Of a stretch of DNA of 57,334 nucleotides, positions 37,281 through 50,516 are shown one piece after another. Numbering within the stretch: the first letter of the stretch is position 1; each line of letters starts with the position of its first letter. The DNA is from Octopus bimaculoides (lineage: Eukaryota), in contig NC_068989.1 in assembly GCF_001194135.2 (NCBI RefSeq), positions 35,803,679 to 35,861,012 on the forward strand, written 5' to 3'. The notes under the pieces were generated by a model. It made no database searches. It saw only the letters and a program-made list of their open reading frames with translations, and was not told the DNA's origin. A program made the translations under genes and the position numbers.

Positions 37281-38415
37281 TACATCATCGTATTCATAAT
37301 CACCACCGCCACCACCAGAAAAAAAGGAAACTGATTTGGTTGGAAGTTACGTATTGGACCAATTGAAATGTTATAAATGTCTAACATATGTCTGTAAATA
37401 GAGATACGCAGGACAACATTGAAACAAGCCTTAAAAAATGAACGAGTCAAACCTAATTTAAGACGCCAAAATGACAAAAGAATTTAAATTAAAAATCTAT
37501 AAAGGACGACAGTAACAGAGAGGAAAATGGAAAATAAAATATATAACGTTACATAAACACACCTGCAACTTAAATTAAGATTTAATCGTGGATTCTAACA
37601 ATATTAGGTTTTAACTCTCTTACTCTTTCTCAGACACGCACGCACGTACTCTCTCTCTCACTACACACAGATACACACACACACACATTGTACTCTTTCT
37701 CAGATTGCCCACAAATGCTATTGGCAACATATAGTCTTGTACTGTCAAGTCACGGGCGACTAAACCTGAAGGCAGCTCGCCCCGCTATGCGGGCTTGATA
37801 AAAGAGGTTACAAGAGACCTCGCAACAAAAGAAACAAAAAAAAAATGCATGTTAAAAGGATGGGTAAACTTAATGCAGGGTCAACGAATATCAAGCAGTT
37901 ACGCTTTGGAAGCATTATCATTCAAGATGGTAAATGAAAATGCCTCAAAAATGGACTCCTACAAGTTACGGGTTTGATTTCCGATACTTGGGCTTCATGT
38001 GTCAGATATTTGGGTTTCCGATATTTGGGCTTCATAAGTGGCGAAGGAACTTACTGAAGAACTTGTCAGTCTTTTCGCTGCATTTCGTACATTGTATACA
38101 CTATTACACGAATAGATTACTGAACAGAAATCGATGTTGGCAAAGTAAAAAAAAATAACGGACGATAGAATGGGATGAATGATGTACACATCCTGTCTCC
38201 AAATGTGGAAAAATACGTTGAACAAACGAAAAATATAATTCTAATACAAATGTTCGCATTTTTTCATGATAGAGAGAGATAATAAATAAATTCCATTGTT
38301 CAGTAACTTCGATTTCTCACGCATTCTGCTGTCAACACTTCCGGTTTATCAATCATTTTCATATCTTTCTGGCTTTGCTGTCATCATTTCCGGTCTTTTT
38401 ACTTTCGTATCTTAC

Positions 38416-38585
38416 CTTTTACTTGTTGGAGCACAGCCTTAAAGGGTCTAGTCGAATAAATTGACCCCAGTATTTAGTTTTTAAATCTAACACTTACTCT
38501 TAGGCTCTTTTTTGTCATACCTCTAAGTTTTGGAGATGTAAGCAAACCAACACCGGTTATCAAGCAGGTGGGGGTCAATCCCAAC
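38416..38585 (-). mobile_element. SINE family A, 3' part (5' part lost in microsatellite/gap)
   Basis: Reverse complement of CCCCCACCTGCTTGATAACCGGTGTTGGTTTGCTTACATC..GGGGTCAATTTATTCGACTAG. Confidence 0.7.
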
Positions 38586-38610
38586 ACACACACACACACA
38601 CATACACGCA

Positions 38611-38657
<47 letters not shown>

Positions 38658-39078
38658 NNNNNNNNNNNNNNNNNNNNNNNNNNNNNNNNNNNNNNNNNNN
38701 NNNNNNNNNNNNNNNNNNNNNNNNNNNNNNNNNNNNNNNNNNNNNNNNNNNNNNNNNNNNNNNNNNNNNNNNNNNNNNNNNNNNNNNNNNNNNNNNNNNN
38801 NNNNNNNNNNNNNNNNNNNNNNNNNNNNNNNNNNNNNNNNNNNNNNNNNNNNNNNNNNNNNNNNNNNNNNNNNNNNNNNNNNNNNNNNNNNNNNNNNNNN
38901 NNNNNNNNNNNNNNNNNNNNNNNNNNNNNNNNNNNNNNNNNNNNNNNNNNNNNNNNNNNNNNNNNNNNNNNNNNNNNNNNNNNNNNNNNNNNNNNNNNNN
39001 NNNNNNNNNNNNNNNNNNNNNNNNNNNNNNNNNNNNNNNNNNNNNNNNNNNNNNNNNNNNNNNNNNNNNNNNNNNNNN

Positions 39079-39110
<32 letters not shown>

Positions 39111-39112
<2 letters not shown>

Positions 39113-41381
39113 GAGCATCTTCAGTTCACGACCATAATTTGTTCTGAAAGTCTGTTCGAAAACCGAATTGTTCGAGAACCAAATCATTTTTTCCCATTAC
39201 AATTAATGTAAAAGTGATTAATTCGTTTCTAAGCACCAGATGAATGCTTATTTATATGCTTACACGAAATATTTTAATATAAAAACGTTTATTCAAACTG
39301 TAAATAACACACAAAAGTGTGTTAGTTCTTAGAAGGGGAATCCTCTTCCATAAAAAACTGTCTTCCGAGGGTTTCTTCCCTTCTATGTCTCTTTGGCACA
39401 TTAAATCTCTCTCTGTTTTTGTTTTTTTGTTTTTTTTCTTTTTTCTTTCTGTAAAAACCTGTACAATGTTAGTTGTTTTTGCCTGCGTTGTAAAATGTTT
39501 CTAAAATGAAACATGACATTGTCATTGAAATGATTTACTGCTCTATTTGCTATCACTGTATCAGAGTGATATTTTTCCACAAAACTTTGCATATAACCCC
39601 GTTTAGCACAAATGTCTTTGATTAAAGAATTTGGGACACCCTCCTTTCCTTCCTTCTCCTCAGAAGACATTTCCTCAGCCAGTGTTTTGCTGTTCATTTT
39701 GAAGGTGTATGTGCTCTTCGGTGGTAAGCTCAGTACGGTAGTCTTCCACCAGCTGTTCAATAACTTCACTGTCAACATCCATGCCCATAGTTTTCCCATA
39801 GAGACTACCATCAACAATAGCAATTTGATCGATAGCAGCAGTACTTGTAGCTGTCTCAAACCTCTCAAAGTCTCGTTCTGGTAGAGAGTCTGGCCAATGC
39901 TTCCTTCATGCTGAATTCATGGTTCTGAAACTCACTTGGTTCCATGCATTATCAATAAGATTAACACAATTCAGGATATTGAAATGATTTTTTCCAAAAT
40001 TCTCTGAGAATTAATTGGGTGATCTGAAATTAATTGAAAACACTTTCAAAACAGGGCTTTTGTGTAAAGTTTCTTAAAGTTTGCAATGACTTGTTGGTCT
40101 ATTGGTTGTATTAGAGGAGTTGTGTTAGGTGGAAGGTATTTGACCGGAGTAAAATCAAATTATTCAACTAAGTCATCCTCCAAACCTGGAGGGTGAGTGG
40201 GAGCATTGTTTAAGACGAGAAAGCATTTTAGAGGCAAGTTTTTTCTTACAGATATATTTTAACACTCGGGGCAAAAACTTCATGAATCCACTCAATAAAA
40301 AATTGTCTGGTTACCCAAACCTTCGTATTAGCCCGCCACACAACAGGCAATTTATTATTCATAACATTGTTTCTTTTGAATACTCTCGGATTATCAGAAT
40401 GGTAAACAAGCAATGGCTTGACCTTGAAATCGCCACATGCGTTACCATATAGCAAAAGAGTGAGTTTATCTTTCATTGACTGGTGCCCTAGCAACGCTTT
40501 TTCCTCCTTAGTAATACAGGTCCTATTTGGCATTCGCTTCCAAAATAATCCTGTTTCATCCTCGCTAAACACCTGTTGGGGGAGATAACCTCCTTCCTTT
40601 CTCAAGTCACTAAATTCAATAAAATTTCTCAGCCGCTTCCTTGTTTGAACTCACTACCTCCCCATGCCTAATTACCCGGTGTATTTCAATTCTCTTCTTA
40701 AATTTCTCGAACCAGCCTCTACTAGCTTTGAATTCAAAAGTATCACTTTCAGCACTTGTACAAGAGGTTTTCTTTACTAGAGCTTTATAAATTTCTAATG
40801 CTTTCTCACAAATAAATGCTTTACTGATGCTGTGACCTGCTGTTTCTCATTTATAAAAATAAGCAATAACTTTCCCACTTCTTCGAGTATCTTTGGTCTT
40901 TGTTTATTAATAACAGTCACTCCTTTTGCAACATCAGCTGCTTTTAATACTTCCCTATTTTTTAGAGTAGTAGATGTTGTCGATTTAGGCATACCGTACT
41001 GCCCGGCAAGATCTGACACACGAACGCCATTTTCTTGTATTGCGATGATTTCTTTCCTCACCGCAATTGTTTTTCTCTCAACTTTTCTTTTTCCTTTACC
41101 GGTATCATTGCTAGCTTTCTTTGGAGCCATGACTAAGGGCTAATGAAGAGGAAAAAAAGGCACAGTACAATAAAATTGGAAAAGAAAAGCACAGCACAAC
41201 ACATGAATGTATACAATACGGCGGTCGACTCAGAAATGATACCGTTCGGGTTAACTCCGTTCGGCAACGTTGTTCGAGAACCGAAATTTCGTTCGATAAC
41301 CGAGGCATTTTCATCTTGAATTTTCTGTTCAAAAACCGATTTGTTCGACATGTGAGACGTTCGAGAACTAAGGTTGCTCTG
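39111..41381 (-). mobile_element. Full-length decayed Tigger/pogo (TIGD1-like) transposon
   Basis: TIRs CAGAGCAACCTTAGTTCTCGAAC / CAGAGCATCTTCAGTTCACGACC within TA tracts. CENP-B-type HTH from ATG 41130 (RKEIIAIQENGVRVSDLAGQYGMPKST) and DDE region (YLPQQVFSEDETGLFWKRMP, DKLTLLLYGNACGDFKVKPLLVY, WRANTKVWVT); many lesions. Confidence 0.93.
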
Positions 41382-42066
41382 TATATATATNNNNNNNNNN
41401 NNNNNNNNNNNNNNNNNNNNNNNNNNNNNNNNNNNNNNNNNNNNNNNNNNNNNNNNNNNNNNNNNNNNNNNNNNNNNNNNNNNNNNNNNNNNNNNNNNNN
41501 NNNNNNNNNNNNNNNNNNNNNNNNNNNNNNNNNNNNNNNNNNNNNNNNNNNNNNNNNNNNNNNNNNNNNNNNNNNNNNNNNNNNNNNNNNNNNNNNNNNN
41601 NNNNNNNNNNNNNNNNNNNNNNNNNNNNNNNNNNNNNNNNNNNNNNNNNNNNNNNNNNNNNNNNNNNNNNNNNNNNNNNNNNNNNNNNNNNNNNNNNNNN
41701 NNNNNNNNNNNNNNNNNNNNNNNNNNNNNNNNNNNNNNNNNNNNNNNNNNNNNNNNNNNNNNNNNNNNNNNNNNNNNNNNNNNNNNNNNNNNNNNNNNNN
41801 NNNNNNNNNNNNNNNNNNNNNNNNNNNNNNNNNNNNNNNNNNNNNNNNNNNNNNNNNNNNNNNNNNNNNNNNNNNNNNNNNNNNNNNNNNNNNNNNNNNN
41901 NNNNNNNNNNNNNNNNNNNNNNNNNNNNNNNNNNNNNNNNNNNNNNAGGGAGATACGTTTCCAACAATTCCATGAAGGGATTAATGATATAAGAAGTTTG
42001 CCGATCCTCAATTTAGGCTATCTTTTCAATGTCCTTCCTGATCAACAGGTGGATAATGTTATCTGT

Positions 42067-42116
42067 GGAAATAAAACAAAATAGGAAATAAAACAAAATA
42101 GGAAATAAAACAAAAA
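42067..42116 (+). repeat. 17-bp tandem repeat x3 (GGAAATAAAACAAAATA)
   Basis: Direct reading. Confidence 0.9.
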
Positions 42117-42194
42117 TTATGTAATAGGTTCTACTATTGCTCAATTTAATAAAGTTTCAAAATCAATAAAACCCAAATTTTTTATATTAAATGT

Positions 42195-43603
42195 TTGTTA
42201 AAAACTTCAATGGTTGTCGAGGCTTCCTATGAAATCGCCATGTTGATTGCAAAGAGCAAGAAGAGCCATAACATCGGAGAGTCTCTCATAAAACCAAATC
42301 TACTCCGTGCAGCAGAACTCGTTCTAAGGAAAGATAGTGCAAACAAGCTTTACCAGATTTCACTATCAAACGATACAGTCAATGGAAGGATCGACGACTT
42401 GTCTCAAGACATCAAAGAATAAATTCTCGACCAGGTAAGAGATTCTCCTGTTTTTGCCATCCAGTATGACGAAACGACTGATATCGCTCCGTGTTCTCAA
42501 CTACTGGTATATGCTTGTTTTGTGCCAGGCAACTGTGTAAAAGAAATGTTCTGTCACCCTATGGATAGTTATACAACAGCAGCAGTTATTTTTCGTGATG
42601 TATCAATCTCCTTTCCGGAAAACCAACTTTCGTAGCATTCGCTTATAGGGGTTTGCACTGATGGGGCTCCAGCCATGCTTGGTCTGCAGTCTGGATTCAT
42701 TATTAGGGTGAAAGAAAAATCCATCTGTTGTAGACACACACTGCATACTTCATCGTGAAGCCTTAGCATCCAGAACATTACTTACTGAAATGAGAAATGT
42801 CCTGAACGTGGCTATCAAGGTTGTCAACTTTGTTAAAGGTGGAGCCTTAAACATTCGTCTTTTCAAACTGTTGTGTAAAGATATGGAATCTGAACACAAA
42901 GCATTGCTTTTTTTCACACGAACGTACGATGGCTATCAGAGGGGAACATGCTTCGACGGCTTTATGAACTACGAGAAGTAGCAATATTTCTTGATTTGCA
43001 GCAGAAGGCAGATCTCCATGACAAGTTCCAGTCTGAAGGCTTTCAGCTTTCTCTAGCTTACCTAGTGGACATCTTCGAAGCGTTGAATGCCCTCGACCTT
43101 AAACTACAAGGGAAAAACATCAACATTCTCACGCACCACGACACCATTCGAACCTTCATGGCCAAACTCGACCTCTGAAAATGTCGAATCCTACAGGGAA
43201 ATACAGCCAGTTTTAGTTACTTGGATTCTGCACTCTCTGGCATTCAACCACGCAGTCAAGATCTTGTAGCTAAGAAGCAGTGTCAAGTTCTCACTTTGTG
43301 ATTATATATAAAAAATTATACATAGGAGTGGGTGTATGGTAAGTAGCTTGCTTACGAACNNNNNNNNNNNNNNNNNNNNNNNNNNNNNNNNNNNNNNNNN
43401 NNNNNNNNNNNNNNNNNNNNNNNNNNNNNNNNNNNNNNNNNNNNNNNNNNNNNNNNNNNNNNNNNNNNNNNNNNNNNNNNNNNNNNNNNNNNNNNNNNNN
43501 NNNNNNNNNNNNNNNNNNNNNNNNNNNNNNNNNNNNNNNNNNNNNNNNNNNNNNNNNNNNNNNNNNNNNNNNNNNNNNNNNNNNNNNNNNNNNNNNNNNN
43601 NNN

Positions 43604-43637
<34 letters not shown>

Positions 43638-44467
43638 TGTTTGTGTATCTGTGTTTGTCCTCCCCCCAACATCGCTTGACAACCGATACTGGTGTATTTA
43701 CGTCCCCGTAACTTGGCGGTTCGGCAAAACAGACCGATAGAATAAGTACTAGGCTTACAAAGAATAAGTCGACTAAATGCGGTGCTCCAGCATGACCACA
43801 GTCAAATGACTGAAACAAGTAAAAGAGTATTCTGAGTTAAAGAAACAAATAATCACTCATCTAACTGACTTGAAAACAGAATTCATCAGATACTTCCCAG
43901 ATATAGAGGAAAAGCGTGAAGCTTGGAAATTCATCAGGAACCCATTTCATTGTGAAGCGACTGATGTTTTGGATGAAGTGCAAGAGGAGTTTCTTGAGCT
44001 GAAGTTCAACTCCCCAGCTAAGGAAGACTTTGGCGAACTGGATCTTGAAATGTTCTGGATCAAGTAGCTTCCTGTTTACCCTCTGATCAGGCTCTTCGGA
44101 TTTTAGCTATGTTTGGATCCACGTATCTTTGTGAAGCTACATTTTCCACGCTCGTTGCTGTCAAGACCAAGTACAGAAACAGGCTGAACGTTGAAAGGGA
44201 CTTACGTTGTGCACTCTCTGGCATTCAACCACGCAGTCAAGATCTTGTAGCTAAGAAGCAGTATCAAGTTTCTCACTTCGTGATTATATATAAACTTATA
44301 CATATTTTGTATAATGTGACTAATTCATACTCAATAAAAAGTCTAAAAGCATATTTTAGATTTTATTTAAAATCTGTGAGGGAATTTTATTCATAGATGC
44401 AAGGGGGCCTGGAGAGAAGGACAAATTCCTAAGGGAAGCATGGTAGTAAAAAGGTTAAGAACCACAG
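42195..44467 (+). mobile_element. Charlie/SPIN-group hAT transposase pseudogene (ZBED5/SCAND3-like), 5'-truncated, interrupted by a SINE and a gap
   Basis: EASYEIAMLIAKSKKSHNIGESLIKP, SLSNDTV, FAIQYDETTDIA, RLFKLLCKDMESEH, LAYLVDIFEALNALDLKLQG, FGSTYLCEATFSTLVAVKTKYRNRL; 3' terminus GGTTAAGAACCACAG. Confidence 0.92.
43324..43829 (+). mobile_element. SINE family A halves flanking an assembly gap
   Basis: Head GGTAAGTAGCTTGCTTAC before the gap at 43360-43603; 3' half ending AGTAAAAGAGTA after it. Confidence 0.8.
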
Positions 44468-44469
44468 CT

Positions 44470-45120
44470 ATAAAGGCTGTAAAACGTGATGTGGACAGCT
44501 GCAACGGAAACTACAAAGCCGTGGCCAGCAGTAAGAGAAACAGCAGGTGTTCTGACTGCTTTCGTACGTCAGGATTCATCACCACACCTTTGAACAGGGC
44601 CTTAGGCTCAGTTCAGACAGCTATGTGAAGCTGCTGGAGACTGTGGCCAAACCCTGGCCGGAGAGGGTTGCTACTGGAAATACATATATGTGACAGTAGG
44701 ATTCAGCTCCTTGTCGTGCCGCCACAAAGTGTCAGAAGTGGCTGTCGGAAAATTTCTACAACTTCATCAGCTCCAAATTCTTGTCCTCCTAATTTCCCAG
44801 ATTGTGATCTCATGGATTACTATGTATGGGGTACGGTTGAGAAAGACACCAACTGCGCTGCTTGCAACTCCAAGGCCGAGCTGATAACCAAGATGAAGGC
44901 GGTGTTTGGAGAAGTTCCCAGGGACACAATGAAGAACGCATGCACCAGGTTCTGTAGCCGTCTTGAGGTCGTGGTAAATGCTGACGTCGCTACTTTGAGT
45001 AAACTCTTATTTCCATGCCATAATCTACTTGACATTAAAAACTTATTTTAACATTTTTAGATGGAATATTATGTTCTTTTTTTCTTTAATGAAAACAGTC
45101 AAATTTAGCACGAACACTGT
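44470..45120 (+). mobile_element. maT/DD37D-like Tc1/mariner remnant related to 3655-4491
   Basis: VKLLETVAKPWPERVATG..DSAPC and PPNFPDCDLMDYYVWGTVEKDTN..CTRFCSRLEVVVNAD. Confidence 0.78.
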
Positions 45121-45395
45121 TTCACCACTCACCATTACTCTAGGACATTTCTGCTATAAAATGTTTTCCAAGAGGTTCTTTTGCCTGAAATTGATAGATA
45201 ACATTGAGTGAAGTGTGCACGCTCAACTTCATTCCCTTTTCAGATAGAATACCCAGATATCTTCCCTGTGACCCAGCATAGGCTGGGACGACCAGAAACT
45301 GAACCATTCTCAAGTTTTATATGACGGTATTCTTCCCCTAGAGCAGAAGTAGACAAACTTCTTATATCATTGGTCCCTTCATAGAATCGTTGATA

Positions 45396-46438
45396 CGAGA
45401 GTGGGCTGAAAAGTTCATAGACTGACTATTAAGTAGTAATGCTAGAGCTGTGGAATCTTCCACGCATTAATTTCAACACTTCTTATCAATAACTGCATTG
45501 CTTCGTTCCAGGTAAACTGACATCTGACTGTTCAAAATACATTTCAAAAGTAATTAGTAGTGACTTCTCTTAAAAATTGACAAAATTTGGCATCGTGGTG
45601 TTATCAAGTATCTGCAGAAAAAGGGTTGAATCTCCAAGGATAATTATTGCTAACATGCTTACTACATTAGGGCTTACGCTCCAGCATTATCAACAGTGAA
45701 AAAGCGGGCAGCTGAATTTAGGAGGGGGACGGAAAGTCTTGAAAATGACCCAAACTCTGCACGTCCTGCAACTACCACCACTGAGGAAAACATTGATCGT
45801 GTTCACCACATGGTGATGGATGACAAGCGATTGACTATAAATAGTTTATACTGTTAGCGTATCCCTTGCGAGAGTTGAGAATATTTTGCTCAATGACGAA
45901 GGTTTCTGCTCGGTGGGTGCCACACCTTCTGACACCTGATCAAAGGCGCACCAAGCTGATCGCATCGCGGGAAATCTAACATTGTTTAGGCAGGTCCAGC
46001 TGATTTCTTTTAACGTTTCCTTACCAAAGATGAGTGGTGGGTTCATTATTTTGAGCCAGAGACAAAGACAATTTATGCAGAGGAAAAATTCCTCCTCACT
46101 AGCACCAAAGAAGGCCGAGGTTGTTTCATCTACAGGGAAGGTGACGGCCTCATTTTTGGGAGGATGCAAAATACATTGTGCTTATTGACTATTTTCAAAA
46201 CGGTCACACCATCAATGGAGCGTACTATGCCAACTTGCTGAGGCAGTTATGTCATATCTGATGTTGCTGACTTTTTTAAGCAACGGTATGAAAGCTTCAC
46301 CAATGCGATCCAAGCACTGCAGTACCGATGGAAGAAGTGTGTGGACCGCTTGGGAGACTATGTTGAAAAATAAACCTCATTTGGTCGCATTCCATGAGAG
46401 TATCTTGATCAACCTGTGCACTTTTCAGCCGGCCCTCG
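45396..46438 (+). mobile_element. Mariner element (irritans/Himar-like), both TIRs present, internally deleted
   Basis: TA|CGAGAGTGGGCTGAAAAG .. CTTTTCAGCCGGCCCTCG|TA. Translates to RGVIKYL, AEFRRG, WVPHLLT, DEWWVHYFEPET and RWKKCVDRLGDYVEK with frameshifts. Confidence 0.9.
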
Positions 46439-46746
46439 TATCGTATCGACCCACTTCAAGTAAATTTCTGGAACAAGATGCTAAAGTGTGATTATCACTA
46501 AAAATTATTGATTTGAAAACAATAATTCCTTCGTTCTTTTGTGTCATTACTCTTTTTAATATGAAATATTTAAATACTTAAAGAAATTTAATGAAACTAC
46601 TAAACGAAATTAATAAAGAACAATTATATTTGTCATTAATACAGTTGGAATATGTAATGTGAAATATGGTTGGTGTTTACGATTTATTATATCGATATTT
46701 TACTGGAAATTTGAGTTTTAGCCTTAAATTACGGCGCTGTTCCACA

Positions 46747-46750
46747 TAGG

Positions 46751-46831
<81 letters not shown>
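46747..46831. repeat. (GATA)n microsatellite
   Basis: Direct reading. Confidence 0.95.
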
Positions 46832-46833
<2 letters not shown>

Positions 46834-47865
46834 GCAGGCAGGCAGACAGAAGACATACAGACAAAAATATTAGAGAGCGACCTAGTGTAGTGCTGAATGA
46901 GTAGCAGGGTGAGTAGGACAAGGCTGTTAATCATGTGGTGGTGGTGGTTTTTCTCAGAGGGGTATAGTGAAAGGTTCTGGTCATAGACTAAACTGAAGGA
47001 ACAATGTTACATTTGTTCTGTCTGATGGCATAAAGTAGTGATAGCAGGTACAGGCGACGTATTTGAGGTAGTGGTGGCAGGCAGTGCTGATGGTGTTGGT
47101 GTTGGTGTTGGTGGTCGCGATTTGCGGTGGTGGGGACTATAATGGTGATGATGGAGAACGTATTCGATGACGGTGGTGGCAGGAAATGTGTTGTTTCCAG
47201 TTGTAGGCGTATGTGCAGCGGTGGTGGTGGTGGTGGTAAAGTTTATCTTGGGAGTGTTGGTAGTGTTGAAGGGAGTGTTGTGCTTAGTACTGGTGTTGAC
47301 GTAGATTGGGGAAGTAGTAATGTTGGTAATTATGAAGAGAATGTGGTAAAAAGTGAAAGCAAACTGCCCTAAAAATGAAAGTAAACTGCAATAGTAACGG
47401 GAAATAACGACGGTCTTATCCACATATACATTGGTTGGATTATCATAAATGATAGAGTCAAATGACTTTTCTCAAAAAAGAAATTGACTTGTAGAGCCCG
47501 AGTGAATCCACGGGAACAACACCACCTCTTCCCACTGATTCTTTCTGCACAGCTCATGAATTGTGCATGTAACGGTGTTAGCTATCATGCGTTGACATAC
47601 AAGCCACTGAATTGCTTTCTTTGAAGTCTTCGTCGATGAGGATAGTACGTTGGAACGTACTCCAATTACTATTTCTAAAATAAATACTTAAACATCACTA
47701 GAAGACATTGTAAAATCAGGTGCCTGTGGATGTGGCATAACGAGGGAGTTCGGCATACCTCCATATGCGTTACCCACCACCACCGACTTTGTTGCTTCAT
47801 AACTTCCAGAAGAATGTCTATGCTTAAATGACATTTTCTACAAATACGCTTCAGAAGGATGAGAT

Positions 47866-48485
47866 CAGGGGTTCTCAAACAAATTTTGGTCGGTGGACCC
47901 CTTTCATTACTGTTGTATTTCCCTCGGAAGTCTCGTAGAGATAACACAACGAGTTGTACAATTTAATTATTACATTTATTATTCAATTACATACAAAGAA
48001 CGCACTCACCCAATGTTCGTTATGAATAAACAAAAGTCATGTCCGCCATATATATCTATCAATGACATTTTACTCCGACAGTCACACAAGACAACAACAA
48101 TGAAACAATGAACTCAGACGAACCACATGACACACGGAACGTCAGACGAATTACATATCTAACAGTCCATATAACAATTACTATTTTATTCTGGTGACCC
48201 CGTAGCCATTCGATGTTTAAAAACTAGCTTTATAGATACTTCTTTCAAAATTCCTATTTTGTTTTTCATACATTAACTTATGTAGGTTGAACTATGTAAA
48301 ATGTTCGAGAAAGAAACCCAGCTGTTTCTTGCAATACATATCAATACAGACATCTAAAGCAAAAATTATTTTAGGGGCCCTTAGAATACTATTGTGGATC
48401 CCCAATTTGCTATTTTATTGCATGGACCCCCCAAAATTTTATATGGACCCTCAGGGTCCATAAAGACGATGGTTGAGAACCACTG
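47866..48485 (+). mobile_element. Charlie-type hAT MITE
   Basis: TIRs CAGGGGTTCTCAA / TTGAGAACCACTG, subterminal GGACCC motifs, flanks GATGAGAT / GTATAGAT (5/8 match). Confidence 0.75.
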
Positions 48486-48779
48486 GTATAGATTCTAATT
48501 ATATAAGAATTTATTGAGGAAAAGATTTTTCCATGGGTGGGGGTGAGAAGTTTCGGAAAATTCATACGAGTCAGCTTTCTTTAGATATAAGTTTCAGAAA
48601 AATGGGTAATTTTTAATGAAATTTTTTATAGATACCTTTCAGTGTGTAGATTACGATTATATAATGTGAAAAAATAAATTTGGTGGGTTCGTGCACATAC
48701 AGACTAACACACATTACATATATCTACAAGATGAAACTTAATCCGCTTTTTACGTTCTAGCTCCACTCGTCTCATCACC

Positions 48780-49061
48780 ATGATGGTGTTGCTGAAGCTG
48801 CAGATGTTGTTGTTGCTGCTGCTGTTGCTGTTGTTGCTGTTGCAGTTGTTGTTTCTGTTGCTGCTGCTGCTGTTGTGTTATTATTACTATTTCTGTTGCC
48901 CTTTCTGCTTCTGTTGTTGTTGTTGTTACTGCTACTGCTACTTTTGCTGTTGTTTTTGTTGTTGTTGTTGTTGTTGTTGTTATTGTTGTTGTCGTCGTTG
49001 TTGCTGCTGCTGCTGCTGTTGTTGTTGTTGTTGTTGCTGCTGCTGTTGTTGTTGTTGTTGT
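48780..49061. repeat. Compound (TTG/CTG)n trinucleotide repeat
   Basis: Direct reading; source of the spurious poly-Leu, poly-Cys and poly-Gln ORFs. Confidence 0.95.
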
Positions 49062-49262
49062 TTAGCCCCAGGTGTCAACCAGCCTTGCTCGAACATAGCT
49101 TTGATCAAAAGTGTTCCGGTCCTGATGTTCCAGTGTTTTTTTTTTTGCTTTGTTTCTTTCTTTTTCCCCCTTTCATTTTTCAATCATTCTATATTTTAGG
49201 ACTATTCAAGTGTGATTTGAAGGTAATTTGATTGCTATTACTGGCCCGTCGTCGTGACGGCT
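49040..49262 (-). mobile_element. Retroposon 3' end, family D, with (CAA)n tail; related pieces at about 7560-7680(-), 11208-11270(-), 54180-54385(-), 56585-56790(+)
   Basis: Shared blocks TAGCA.CCAAAT..CCTTCAAATCACAC and TTTGATCA..CTGGGGCTAAACAACAAC recur at these positions in degenerate form. Confidence 0.55.
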
Positions 49263-49649
49263 CTGTTATTCATTATTTGTAATTAAATCAATTAATAACA
49301 GCGTTTGGTTTCAAAATGCATTAAAAACATCTTAGATTTCACAAGTTTAAGATGTTTGTTGTTATACAGCGACATCAGTTCCTGTGTTTTTGCTATAAAA
49401 GTAATAATATAACATCTCCCCCCCCGTCGCCACTCTCCTTCGGTTTCGAAAGAAAAGGAGAGTAAGAGAAAAGAGAGAGTGGGGGAGGGACACAACTTTT
49501 TAATCGTAAATTTTAATAAAAATTATGGTTTGATTCTGTTATTGTTTTATTCAGTATCAAGTTTGCCCCGATCAAGCAAGCAGTTCTGTGATCAAAGACA
49601 CTCCAATAATGACCAAGACGTCTTTTTCCTATGTGCAGGAGATTCATGA

Positions 49650-49846
49650 TTAAGCACGCCGGGGAAAATGCTTGGCGGCGCTTCGTCCGTCTTTACGTTC
49701 TGAGTTTAAATTCCGTCGAGATCGACTTTGCCTTTCATCCATCCTTTCGGGATCGATAAAGTAAGTTCCAGTTGAGCACTGGGGTCGATGTAATCAACTA
49801 AACCCAGCCCCTAAAATTGCTGGTCTTGCGCCAAAATTAGAAAGCT
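49650..49846 (+). mobile_element. SINE family B
   Basis: AGCACGCCGGGGAAAATGCTT..GTTCTGAGTTTAAATTCCG..GACTTTGCCTTTCATCC..CCCCTAAAATTGCTGGTCTTGCGCCAAAATTAGAAAG. Confidence 0.85.
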
Positions 49847-50200
49847 GTAATTATTATTCAACTTCTTGGGTGTGAATAGTGTGTGCGTGATTTGGGGGAC
49901 CTGATTTAATCTCTCTTACCTCGGTCTAAATCTGTTCACTTACGTTTAGTCTTATTCCTCGTATGTACACAAGGCGTCACCTTACAGATCCTTCTTCAAA
50001 ATTATAGATGGCTGAGTACCACACAGCACATCCTGACGTGCAGTGAGTCTGGATATATTGCTTTCTCTCCACTACCCCTGTCTATTATCCATATGACCGT
50101 AGGTTTTTGAGGCCACAGCAGAGATGAGCAAAAGTGGACTCGGGCAGAGCACAATAGATGTTGTTTCTTTGTATTTATTGTTGGTATGATACTAGGGTGT

Positions 50201-50516
50201 GGAGGCGCAATGCCCAGTGGTTAGGGCAGCGGACTCGCAGTCATAGGATCGCGGTTTCGATTCCCATACCGGGCGTTGTGAGTGTTTATTGAGCGAAAAC
50301 GCCTAAACCTCCACGAGGCTCCGGCTAGGGTGGTGGCAAACCCTGTTGTACTCTTTCACCACAACTTTCTCTCACTCTTACTTCCTGTTTCTATTGTACC
50401 TGTAATTCAAAGGGTCAGCCTTGTCACACTGTGTCACGCTGAATATACCCGAGAACTGCGTTAAGGGTACACGTGTCTGTGGAGTGCTCAGCCACTTGCA
50501 CGTTAATTTCACGAGC
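50201..50516 (+). mobile_element. SINE family C (tRNA-derived), cut by gap
   Basis: Head GGAGGCGCAATGCCCAGTGGTTAGGGCAGCGGACTCGC..GGTTTCGATTCCC with A- and B-box-like motifs; near identical to 57118 onward. Confidence 0.85.

Noticed and set aside
48780-49231. Poly-Leu, poly-Cys and poly-Gln ORFs
   Set aside because: Translations of a stop-free trinucleotide microsatellite; no flanking protein-like sequence.
50201-50275. tRNA-like sequences at SINE heads (also 26718, 57118)
   Set aside because: A/B-box-like motifs present but no complete cloverleaf; each continues into a dispersed SINE body.
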